Assembly (NCBI GenBank): GCA_049999805.1
Contig: JBNGIO010006178.1
Span: 114,240 to 160,054, forward strand
Length of the DNA: 45,815 nucleotides
Direction: 5' to 3'
Source of the DNA: Folioceros fuciformis
Taxonomy: Eukaryota
How positions within the stretch are numbered: the stretch's first letter is position 1; the number at the start of each line of letters is the position of its first letter. Both the position numbers and the translations under genes were made by a program. Below are positions 12,301 to 22,724 of this stretch, in pieces. The notes below the pieces were generated by a model. The model was not told the origin of the DNA and searched no databases. It was given only the letters and a program-made list of their open reading frames with translations.

Positions 12301-14423
12301 AGAACTATCTGCCGTTGTTTCCTGCTCAGAAGAAAACCACAGCTAACTAGCCAAGTTAAAGCCTCACAAGATAATTCTCAATTTTACATCCTGTTTCATT
12401 AGAATCCCTGTTGGAGGGCTAGCATAAAATCTTAAGAGGATATTACCTGACAAGTTTCTGTATACGCCTCCCGCAAGTGTAGACCGTCAGGGCTGCAGCT
12501 GTATTTAGCTGCAGGATCTCTTCTAAATCTTGCATGCATGACTCGAGGTACTCTAAAGCCCCCCCATCAGCTATCTTTGCATTCCCAACACATCTCGCAA
12601 TGTCAGCCAGTTCATTGATCTGTGCAGACACAATGAATGACAATCAGACAGAGTCCTCAGAAAACTGTTTGAGTTGGTGGGGACAGGATGGAGCCCAATT
12701 ATGTCACACCTGCATAACGTTTTCTGAAGCGACCAGAGGGATACGAGGAACCATGCACAAGTCACTCTGACTGGTAACCCGTGTCAGAGAGGACATAGAT
12801 GAACACGATGGGTACATCTGCTGCCTGTTGAGGGAATGTGGAGGTTCTTCCAAAGGTGTAGCAAGCTCTTGAGAATCCTTAGAGCAAGGGTTCAGACGGG
12901 AATCTAGTGGCAGCAACGCCTGACTTTCATCCACGCGACCACTTGCTGCCATCTGTGAGTAGGCTGTAGTGTGGAAATCTGACAACCTGTCAAGGAGCTC
13001 GGCTAATCTTAGCAATCGCTCATCTGTGCTCAGCGTTTTCTGATCATACCTGTCAGCATAGGCACATATTCGTGAGTGTACTTCCAGACACACGCTTGGA
13101 ACATGATCTTCGCAGATTCTGCATATGACAAGAGAGCTGTCTTCCAAATGGTCAGTTCCATAACCCCAAGCGACTCTTTCGGAAGGTCCAGCTGTGTGCA
13201 TATCTATACCCCTGGACAAGGGACACTGAACAGAAAGCTCCTTGTCCTGCATCTCCAGTTGTAGAGAGGCACACCCTGAAGTCTGTACTAGATTAGTATC
13301 CTTCATTGGCTGCTGAGCAGCAGGAGCAGGAATGGCTGCTTCCCTACGGTTACCCTGCTCAGTCGTGGGAAAGGCACTCTTCCATGATTCACCCTGCCTG
13401 GCATCAGGCGACGCATCGTGTGCAGATACCTGGTCAGATCCTAAACCACGATCGTGCACGTCCATCAGACTCTCAGAGACCCTGGATTGATTGCCTTGGG
13501 CCATTGAGCCGTGCCTGAATCCATCGGCCAGTCTTTGGTGTGCGAAGAGAACCCTCCTGTCATTAAAGGATGCCCTTCCGCACCTATTACCAGCCCAGGC
13601 TCGATCCAAAGCCGCCTTCTCCACGGTGTCGTTCCCAACCAGACCATTCTGCTTCTCAAACTGCAACAGCCTGGTGCACCTGGTGAGAATGAAAAGCATG
13701 CGAGTATGAAGCTGTTTGAGCACCCCAATCGGTAACTCTTGCCTTCTATCATCCACTTCCTGCACAATGGTCTCACAATGCTGCCGAAAATCTGCAGCGC
13801 ACATTGTTGCGCATTTTCGAGCCAACACCAGGAGATCCTCGACGCACTCCTGCGCATGCGGTTGTTCACACTCCGCGCTCTCCAGCACCTCCACCAGATC
13901 AGCAGCGAATGCCTGAAGCTCGGAATCAACTTCCAGCTTGACGGAATTGAACCTCGCACGCAATGTGACCAGAATTTCCTGCAACGACCAATCATGTCGT
14001 CGGAAAACATTCCCAGGCGGACGTCGGCCTGGCGTTCCCGTCCGGCAGCAGCAGCAGCAGCAGCAGCAGGAGGAGGAGGGAAGGCAGAATGTTACCTCCA
14101 AGTCATTGGTACTATGCGGCTTCCAATAGTCATTGAGACGGACGCCCTTGGGGTCAAGCTCGTGCGAGAAGCTCTTGATATCCTTCACCGGCTTGGCTCT
14201 CCCCCCGGCAGTCATCCTGAGCAGCGCCTGAAAGCGGGGCGACTCCGTTTCCTTCGGGGTATCTGGCTGGCTCATCGGACTCTGAGCGCACACAAAACGT
14301 GCAGCCGGCACCAGATCCGACGACAAGTCCGTCACAATTCCAAACACAAATCAAAATTCTGTGATCCCAATCCCGCATCAGCGAGCTGTCCCACATCCAC
14401 CAATCCAATCCAATCAAATCCAA

Positions 14424-14467
<44 letters not shown>

Positions 14468-14636
14468 CATTGTCCGACGAGTCCAGGCCTCCTGCGCTGC
14501 TGTGGCGCATGTGAAGCCTTCTCTTGCCTGCAGCAAGTCCAGGCTCCCTGGACCCGGATGCAGACGACCCCTGGTGGCTCACAGAGATGGCAGGCAGAGC
14601 AGCGATCCGCGAAGTCTCAGGTGCATCAGCGGCCAT
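9391..14636 (-). CDS. IRE: IRE/IREH1-type AGC Ser/Thr kinase (MAST/Greatwall-related), multi-exon; start codon uncertain
   Basis: [39 protein letters not shown], Zn-finger CRICED...HSRIC; kinase motifs [40 protein letters not shown] tail [14 protein letters not shown]...[18 protein letters not shown]; stop at 9391-9393. Confidence 0.92.
14046..14078. repeat. (CAG)8(GAG)3 microsatellite in IRE intron 2
   Basis: Directly visible. Confidence 0.95.
14429..14465. repeat. (CA)18 microsatellite at the 5' end of IRE intron 1
   Basis: Directly visible. Confidence 0.97.
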
Positions 14637-15274
14637 GGCGGCCTCAGGTGGCTCGCCTCGCAGGCCAGCGAATTGCTCCAAATTCCCGACGCAGTGGCAT
14701 AATTCGTGAGCCCCTCCCACGGTAGCCAGCCCGACGGCGCGCCCGCGTGCCGTCAGATCCAGACGGTGCTGGTGACGACAAGAGCCATCCCGAAACGCAG
14801 AAGCCTCCAAGCGAGCACGAGCGTCCACGCTGCCGCTACAACGAGGCCGGCATGTATTGCGCCAAGCAAGCGCGCAAGCGGACGAGGTGCTGCCTCTCCA
14901 AGGTGGCCAAGAAAATTCAAGCAACCGGCAAATTACTTGGGTTGCTAAATATAAACCAATAACCTTACCGTACAGTAGCCGTGTAGCAACAATCGAGGGC
15001 ACACGCCCGGCGTGCTGCTAGCAGCCGAGGGCCGAGGAGCCTGATGAGGTCCTACTGCCGAGGGCCGTGTGTAGAGAGTAGTAGTAGTAAGTAGTAGGGT
15101 ATAATATCTGTGGTGATGAAATAAAAAAAATAAAAAAATCAGGATTGAATTGGCAAACCAAGCTAGACTGCCTACTAGCTATTTGCACGCAGTAAAAGTA
15201 AGACACGAGGGAAGAGAGACCTCGGACGGCTCCGGCACGAGGGGACGCCGACTTGTCTTTTCTTGTCAAGCTTG

Positions 15275-17032
15275 TCAAGGGTGGCGGCAGGAGGCGAGCT
15301 GGTGTAGTGCTTCATCTGGGGTCGGGATGCGGGAGGAGTCGGGATCGATGCCGCGGCCATCGATATCGGCGCGGGCGGGCGTGACATACTTGCCCACAGT
15401 GAGGACCACGCCTGAGCCATCGCTGAGCTCGTAGATGGACTGGATGAGGCCCTTGCCGAAGGTGCGGCGTCCCACCAACAGTGCGCGGCAGTTGTCGTGC
15501 AAGGCCGCCGCCACGATCTCGCTGGCGCTCGCTGTACGCTCGTTCACCAGCACCGTGAGGGGGGCGCGCGAGAGCGGGAGCCCGGACAGGGCCGAGGCGG
15601 CTATGGTGCGGGAGCTGGAGTCGCTGCGGCCGGCTGTGGCCACCACCGTATCCCCCGGGCCCAAGAACACCTTGGCGATCTCGATGCCGGCCTGGACCAG
15701 GCCCCCAGGGTTGTCCTGCAGGTCCAGGACCAGGGAGGTGGCGCCCGCCTGCTCCAGCCGCTGCATGGCCGTCACCAAGTCGCGCTGGGCCACCGCGTTC
15801 AGCTCCTTCACATGGATGTAGCCCACACCGGTGTGGGGCTGCAGCCGGTACGACACGGGGCTGCGCACGTCCTGCTGCCGGGCCACCGTCACCTGTTGCG
15901 GGAGGGAGCATGGCCCGCGCCGGACCAGGAGCTGCACCGACGTGCCCTTGGGCCCCTGGATGAAGGATGACGCCTCGAAGGCCGTCTTACCGACCACGCT
16001 GGTGCCGTCCACGGACAGGAGCTCGTCGCCCTGACGCACACCCGCCTGCGCGGCTGGGCTGCCCAGCACTATTCCCAGCACCTTGAGCCGGCTTGTGGGA
16101 GGGTCCCCAGGCTCCGTCACCGCTCCCACGTTCAACCCGATGCCCGTCACGTCGTACTTGGTCAGCTGCGAGAATTGATCTGGGGACAGGAAGCGAGTGT
16201 ACGGGTCCTTGAGGCTGCCAAGCATGCTGCGGATGGCCGCGTACGCGGCCATCCGGCTGCGGATCGGCCTCCGGAGCACTTCCTCCTTCTTCTTCACCCA
16301 TGCCTCCCTGGACCATTCTCTGTGGCGCGCGTCGAAGAAGAACTCGTCCACCACCTCCCAGGCCTCCTCCACCACGGACTCGCTGGTGACGATCTCCTTC
16401 TCCCGATTCTCCACCTCCTCCTCCTCTTCTGCTGCCACGTCCGTGCAATACTTCTCCTGCCAACCTTCGGACGCATCCTGGCTCGAGAAGGCCTCCTCCG
16501 CTACTTCTTCTGCATGACCGCAGAGCTGCCCTACGTCCGGCCAAGACAGCCAGCACGCAAGGGCAATGACAAGCCCGGCCACGATCCTGCTAATCCACCT
16601 CCCTGCACCGAAGGCAGTGCACCTGCTGTTCCAGCGCTCTTCTTCCTGCGAAGAACGGCATGCTAGTGCAGTTGGTGAAGTCCCCCGCAGCACATCCCAA
16701 CCGTCGCGGAACGTATTCCTCACCGCCTCGCGACACTCTCCCGGCCTGCCTCCGCCAGCCTCCCAAGCCCTGGCATAGGAGGAAGACGAACACTGATCGT
16801 TAGGTGTGTCGGATCCGGGGCGATCCACTTTTGTAGCTGGACATCGCCACGACACCGTGCACGGCGCATCGCCCCTGCTCCAACGGGACGATCTGCCGCC
16901 GGCTTCATCCGGCATTAGCATCCACCTGGGTGCGACGCATCGCAAACTGTTTCGGGGCAGCAAACCAGCTGCCGTGCTTCTTCCAGATGGGCGAGCGGGC
17001 TGATGAAACTGAACCGCACGCTGTACTTCCAT
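15275..17032 (-). CDS. CTPA1: C-terminal processing peptidase (S41/CtpA, CTPA1-like), plastid/lumen precursor, intronless
   Basis: Single ORF. MLGSLKDPYTRFLSP, KYDVTGIGL (PDZ), LDLQDNPGG, catalytic TASASEI and TFGKGLIQ; long N-terminal transit-like region with a hydrophobic segment; first ATG at 17032. Confidence 0.9.
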   Translation of the reverse strand: MEVQRAVQFHQPARPSGRSTAAGLLPRNSLRCVAPRWMLMPDEAGGRSSRWSRGDAPCTVSWRCPATKVDRPGSDTPNDQCSSSSYARAWEAGGGRPGECREAVRNTFRDGWDVLRGTSPTALACRSSQEEERWNSRCTAFGAGRWISRIVAGLVIALACWLSWPDVGQLCGHAEEVAEEAFSSQDASEGWQEKYCTDVAAEEEEEVENREKEIVTSESVVEEAWEVVDEFFFDARHREWSREAWVKKKEEVLRRPIRSRMAAYAAIRSMLGSLKDPYTRFLSPDQFSQLTKYDVTGIGLNVGAVTEPGDPPTSRLKVLGIVLGSPAAQAGVRQGDELLSVDGTSVVGKTAFEASSFIQGPKGTSVQLLVRRGPCSLPQQVTVARQQDVRSPVSYRLQPHTGVGYIHVKELNAVAQRDLVTAMQRLEQAGATSLVLDLQDNPGGLVQAGIEIAKVFLGPGDTVVATAGRSDSSSRTIAASALSGLPLSRAPLTVLVNERTASASEIVAAALHDNCRALLVGRRTFGKGLIQSIYELSDGSGVVLTVGKYVTPARADIDGRGIDPDSSRIPTPDEALHQLASCRHP

Positions 17033-17203
17033 TACAAGAGAAGAAACTGCCCCAAGCACATACAAATCGGAGAGCAAACCATACCATTCCTAGCACAGCT
17101 GACACACCAGGAATTTCCTGCGACGGACTGTTCGCTACGCGGAGGGTGCTAGGGTTTCCAGTACACAGGACGGGGTTCAGGGTTTTAGGACCTGGGAAGC
17201 AGA
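17033..17203. promoter_or_regulatory. Putative bidirectional promoter between CTPA1 and RMT2
   Basis: Divergent ATGs ~170 bp apart; telo-box TAGGGTTT at 17150-17157 and a related AGGGTTTTAGG near 17179. Confidence 0.55.
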
Positions 17204-18427
17204 ATGGCTGATGAGACGCCTGGACCAGGAGCGCTATGGAAGGCCGCGGAGGAAGGCAGCTTGGCAGATGTGGAGAGTTTGCTGGCGGGAGGAGCGGATG
17301 CAAGCGAGCCGGATGAGCACGGGGTGACCCCACTCATCCATGCCGCACGCCATGGCCACGCGGATGTGGTCAAGCGCCTGCTGAAGGCCGGGGCTCCTTG
17401 GAACGCTCTCGACCCCTCGGGCCGCAGCGCTGGAGACTATGCCATGCACAATGGGCACCAGGCTGCCTTCGACATTCTCCTGGATGTTGGTATATGCCGT
17501 CGTCAACCCTAAAGGCTCGTGCGCGCCAAAGCATGGATTGTGTTTTGCTCTTGTGTATGGCCATCTCTGAACTGGCACAAATGCAGGTTTGCAAGCCGAG
17601 TTGATTCTGGGCGCGTCCGAGAGGCGAGCGAGAGAGTCCGCCTCTGACCCGGCCTCCAGGAGCTACCTGAAGGAGAGGGTGGAGTATAGCGAGGACAGGC
17701 TTGTGGATGAGGAGAGCAAGGCGGTCATGATGGCTTGGGAGACTCCGTTGATGGAGGCTCATGCCAGAGCTGTGTGCGATCGGGGTGGGGACATTCTCAA
17801 TGTAGGATTCGGAATGGGGTTGGTGGATACTGCTATCCAGCGTTACAACCTCTCCTCCCACACCATCATCGAAGCTCATCCTGACGTTCACGCCCGTATG
17901 TTGGCTTCTGGGTGGGGGGACAAGCCCAATGTGACCATCGTTCAGGGTCGTTGGCAGGATGTAGTCCCGCAACTCGGACAGTTTGACGGTATGCCCCCCC
18001 CACCTTTGTGTGAATGCGTATGTTTCCACACTTCTGTGCTTGTGTCCCCACAGTCCTCTCAAGCCTGTGCTTCGCGTGTGCAGGCATCTTCTTCGACACT
18101 TACGGGGAATACTATGAAGATCTCAAGGAGTTTCACAGCTTCCTTCCTCGGCTTCTCAAACCCGGGGGCACCTACTCCTTCTTCAATGGTCTCTGCGCAG
18201 ACTATCCCTTTTTCCACGTGGTTTACTGCCAGTTGGTTGCGTTAGAGCTGGCTCGTTTGGGGTTTGGCACCCAGTTCATCCCCCTTCCAGTCAAGTCCTG
18301 TTTCGATGAAACAACTTGGGAGGAAGTGGAACGCAAGTATTGGCAGCTGGACACGTATTTTCTTCCGGTTTGCGAATACGATGAAGACAGTGATGTCGCG
18401 AATCCTCCCATGTGGAGGATTTTCTGA
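17204..18427 (+). CDS. RMT2: Ankyrin-repeat + RMT2-type protein arginine N-methyltransferase, 3 exons
   Basis: Ankyrin (GVTPLIHAARHGH, AGAPWNALD), AVMMAWETPLMEAHA, SAM motif ILNVGFGMG, IEAHPDV, GIFFDTYGEYY, YSFFNGL, KYWQLDTYFLP. Exons 17204-17489, 17587-17988, 18084-18427. Confidence 0.92.
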
Positions 18428-19026
18428 CCCTACGTTCCAGGACAATTCCTTGTGAAAGGATGGTTGGCATCCTGTATCGAAAGTTCCTCAACTGGCAAGA
18501 AATGTTCGATTCTTTCTCGAACGTGTGGACGAGGTTGTCCACCGTAACAACCCCCACGGATAGCGGGCCAACAGGTCCACGAACACCACGTTTGGCCAAG
18601 CATAGCTGCCGTCTCGTTCTGCCATGGCCAAGCAACTTCTGCCACCCGATGATGGAAAGAATAAGACGAAGTGCACCTCACACTGAACCAAAAGGTGGCC
18701 ACGAACGTATCGCAGTTGATACCGAAGGATTTCTCGAGACATCACCCTTGGCCCTGTCTGGAGAATCGGATTGAACCCCCAACCGTCACTCGCCTGGAAA
18801 GTTCGCCCCCCGCTCTCCAGCTTGGGTGATGAACAAGCGGTGGACGTCGTGAAGATACATTGTTGGAGGACCCATCTCCCATCTCCGTTTCCAAAACGTT
18901 CCGTTCAATGATGAGTGTACTAGAGGATGGGCGTGACTCCAGGGTCAGGCCACATTGTCGATGTTAACATGCATCGCGCTGGGACGAGGATCTCACTCTC
19001 CGGTCACTCCAGCGGGTCGCCTATCA

Positions 19027-20778
19027 TCATCGTGTTCGTAGCTCTTCACCCAACAGTCTCATGTCGTCCTTCAGTCTCCCTTTCAATTTCGCGTTTCTTT
19101 CAAGCTCTGCTCTCAGTTCTGTCACTACAATATCCGCATCTGCATGAACTCTGGAACCAAGCTGGAACTTGGACGTTTTGAGCACGACTCTGTCAATCTC
19201 TTCTCGTATCTGGAGAGCACACGCAACGAGGATACCTCAAGTAAACAAATAGGAGATTGCTGTCGCATGAGTTTGACGTAATGGGCATGGAATAGCCACC
19301 TGCTTGTCTCTGATTCGTATAGCGTCGATCTCCTCTTGGATAGAATGTAAACGTGTTGGTCCCACCTTCTGGAGAGAAGTGAAGGTCCTCATGGACGAAA
19401 CAATGGCAAGTAACTTCTCCTTAGAGAAGTAACTGAAGGGGCTCGAATCCCTGAGCTGCGCCAACCCCAGGAAGAATCCAGCGTAAAAGAATGGCTGCAC
19501 TCAAAGGCAACAAAGTCAGGTTAATGACACGGTGCACCATCGGCAAGTTCTAGATGAGGAGTTCATACCTCGGGCCACCCTCGCTTCCAATGCAGAACAA
19601 GAGGTGGACTACCATGGCGGAGGGCTGTGCTCTGTAGCTTGATACAGCTACGGCACTGGGGGTAGAACCTCTGTGCAGCTTCATCATCTCTCTTCTGAAG
19701 CCTCTTGGCCACCGACCCCCTCGGTCCGTGTACAATCAAGTTGGGTGGCATGTGGTCTGAGATGCTGATACATCACATACTTTCAGGGCTACCATTTGTC
19801 TCCAGAGCAGAAAGCTCTGTTTTCTCCAGTGGCGTGAACAGCAAGACACATGGACAACTTCTACACCTTCAGTGGTGCCATTATCCCACTAGCAGCAGGA
19901 AGCCCTGCGTCTCCCAACGGCATGAACAGCAAGACACACGGTGACAACATGTGCTGACACACCTGGTTCCAGTTTTCCTGCCGCAATGGTGGCAACCAAA
20001 CTGCCTGAACAGGTCTTTGATGACGGACTTTTGAACATCACTCGCATACAGACTCCCCCGTGCTGTCACTCATGCCCATCAACAGCGTGAGAAGAAAAAC
20101 GACAAGGACTAGCCGCGAACTCCAAGAGAAGCATTTCCATACCGGTTATAGCAATTTTTGCAAGAGCTCCAGGATACCGGACATCACTTGGCATCACATT
20201 CCTAAATTTACCCCCAAGCACCTGCAACGCGTAAATACTCCATCAAACCCTAAGCTGCGCTCCCCAGCCGTCACCACAGTCCCATCACTAACCTTAAAAG
20301 CCAGCAGACCAACTCCCGCATGAAGAAAAATCTCCTCCCTCTTCAGCCAGCTCCCAACGTCCCTCAGTTGCAGGTGGGGGTAGGCCGTCACTGCATAGGC
20401 AACCTGCAAACAACATCCACCATGAGCCATGGAAAGCTGAGGGACGCAACTCAGACAGGCCAGAGATGCAGCACCATGGCAGCCTGGACCGACGTGACGG
20501 CGACTGCAGCAGATCCCAACAACGTCCCCAGCACAGGAGTAGCGCACGAGATCCTCAGGGCCAGGCCTGCAACCTTCCAACCACCAACCACTCGCTCCGT
20601 CAAACCCAGCACTCACGCTCCGTCAAACCCAGCACTCACGCTCCGTTCCACCGTCTCCGAAGACGCGGAGAGCTTAATGAAACCCAACCTGCCAAAAGGG
20701 CAGCTCCAACGCGAACACGAATCCAGAAATGATAGACGAGTGGAGGCCGATGGATTCGCCTCCTCTTGCCTCCACCAT
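19027..20778 (-). CDS. Uncharacterised protein: N-terminal hydrophobic helices, CxxC...DH...CxxC Zn/HNH-like domain, C-terminal coiled coil; ~8 exons
   Basis: Manually spliced: MVEARGGE...LELPFWQ|VAGLALRISCATPVLGTLLG...|...AGVGLLAFK|VLGGKFRNVMPSDVRYPGALAK...|ARGSLYASDVQKSVIKDLFRQFGCHHCGRKTG|..ISDHMPPN...QRFYPQCRSCIKLQSTALR...LVLHW...|PFFYAGFFLG...|IREEIDRV...LGEELRTR*. GT-AG boundaries fit in phase where checked. Confidence 0.72.
20589..20647. repeat. 23-bp tandem repeat, ~2.5 copies, in intron 1 of the HNH-like gene
   Basis: CGCTCCGTCAAACCCAGCACTCA repeated. Confidence 0.9.
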
Positions 20779-22724
20779 CGCTGCCCACACAGCAGCAGCC
20801 CCTGGCTCACACCATCTCACATTGCAGCCGCACACCGTGTTGGTTCCCAGCCCACACTAACAAGCCATCCAGCACCGAAATAGGGTCTTCCGAGACAACG
20901 GTCGGTTATTGAGGCAAGCAAACACCCGATCCCTGGAGCCGTGCATGGGAGCGGTGGGTTCAAGGCTTCGACATGTCCTCCCCCCCAGCATGTCCGCGAG
21001 ATCCATCGTCTTTCGCTCATGAACATCACATAACTCTTCATCAGGCAAAATCACGTCCAGCTAACGCAGCATGAATGTGCCAAGTACACGTAACTCAATA
21101 TCCCTAAAATTATGAGATGCTTCGACCGTGCGCCTTCAAAAGTTTTGAATACGTGTCACCGTGATGTTGATCTCAAGAAAACATATACTAGATTATCTCT
21201 CCTGCCTGTCCAGCACTAAAAGTGTGAGCGTGAGAGCCAAAGCTGGTTCTGGTCCGAGTCTCCCGACCTGGGGGAAGCTCCGCTCCCCCCCCCCCCCCGG
21301 ATTTCACCCCACGAAAAGCAACATTCCAGCATCTGATGGGGCAGACTGGTGACCTGCCCAAGCTCAGGATGTCAGGAATGGGTGCTGTCTCGGGGAGGCT
21401 GCCTCCCCCGTCACAGAGGAGGCAGAACATTTTGCGGTTTACATATTTGGTGCTCCGGAAAACCTCCTGGCTGTCGGAATCCTGCAACTGCGCCAGTGAA
21501 CAAGCGGTGTGCGTTGCGTTGTGAGTTGCCCGTACGACACGACAACGCACGGACTCAGCACTTCAAGGAGTCCCGCAATGGTTGGTTTGTATCCTCGCCT
21601 GGGAAGGAGAGAGAGCCTTGTGTCTTTCTAGGTTGATATCGTGAGGTTCTGTGTATCCTTGCCACATCATATAAGACCCCGAATCTCGTGGTCAGCTTTT
21701 TGTCATTTCGTCGGCCTCGGGAATTGCTTGTCTATTTCTTGCTGCCGTTGCAGCATAGCCTTCCGATCAGCAGAGCGTGCTCCTGCCCGGTTTCTGTGTT
21801 TAGAATGCTCTGCTGCTGGGGATGTGGCCATCGCTGATTTGGACACTTCACGGTCTGCATGAGCCAGTTCAGCAGCAACACTCATGGCGCTTGCAACATT
21901 TATGCTGAAGCGTGCAAGCATGCAACCTGGCGTGTGTGGCTTTTTGAGCTCGCCGGAGGCTTGAACCGCAAACTTTAGCGGGAACCTTCCCTTGCCTTGC
22001 CGTCATCTCCAGTTTGGCCTTTCCGCTCATTGGCAGGTCTGGGGAGTGCGCAGTTGGTTTCAGAACTTCTCAACGGAAACTTCCGAGTACGAACGGCAAT
22101 GCGTCAGCCGATCGACCCCCTCGTCACAGCGACTGCGCAGGCTTCGGCTTCTGGAAAGATGACCCCCATCCGATAGGCTTTCAGGACACCCACATGTATT
22201 TCCGAAGGAACATATCTTGCAATTTTCTTAGGCCAGCGTGTGTCCGGCCTCACATACTTCTTCCAGACGACGCAGGTGTACGGGCACCAGTCGAATCGCC
22301 TCCCCCATCCGATGTCTTTTGTCCCCACTCCGGTCTACTCTGTTTGTGTCTAAATACGGATCGATTGTCCCGTGCGTCTTGAGATGAGTCTGAAGAGCCG
22401 ACTGTCCAAGGAGTCACCGCGGAATAGAGGGACACTAATCGGAAGCGCACACGCGAAGGTGTCAGAGAGGCGTGCTCATGTAAACGTAGAGCTCAGACTT
22501 TTCTTCCGCTCAGAAAACTATTATAAAGAAGCCTACAAGTTGGTGTGTGCGATACAGCTTGGAACTCGGGATTGCGAGCGGTGCAAGCAGTCCGCAGGAA
22601 GCTGGCCTGGAAGCGATTTTGCGGGAAGGCACAGTCAAACCGGGAGTAGCATCTCTATAACCGGCGCTGAACCCCTTCTAAGGCCTTATGCTGTCGTGTG
22701 GGCTGGCTGGGCTGGTGATGTGGG

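Noticed and set aside
13739-14725. 328-aa + strand ORF with poly-Ala and HT repeats
   Set aside because: Antisense shadow of the GC-rich IRE 5' region; the repeats come from intronic microsatellites.
15312-16666. Many overlapping ORFs in alternative frames
   Set aside because: Expected from very high GC inside the CtpA CDS; no motifs.
18412-18774. 120-aa ORF overlapping the RMT2 stop
   Set aside because: GTG start and no motif; lies in convergent 3' UTR space.
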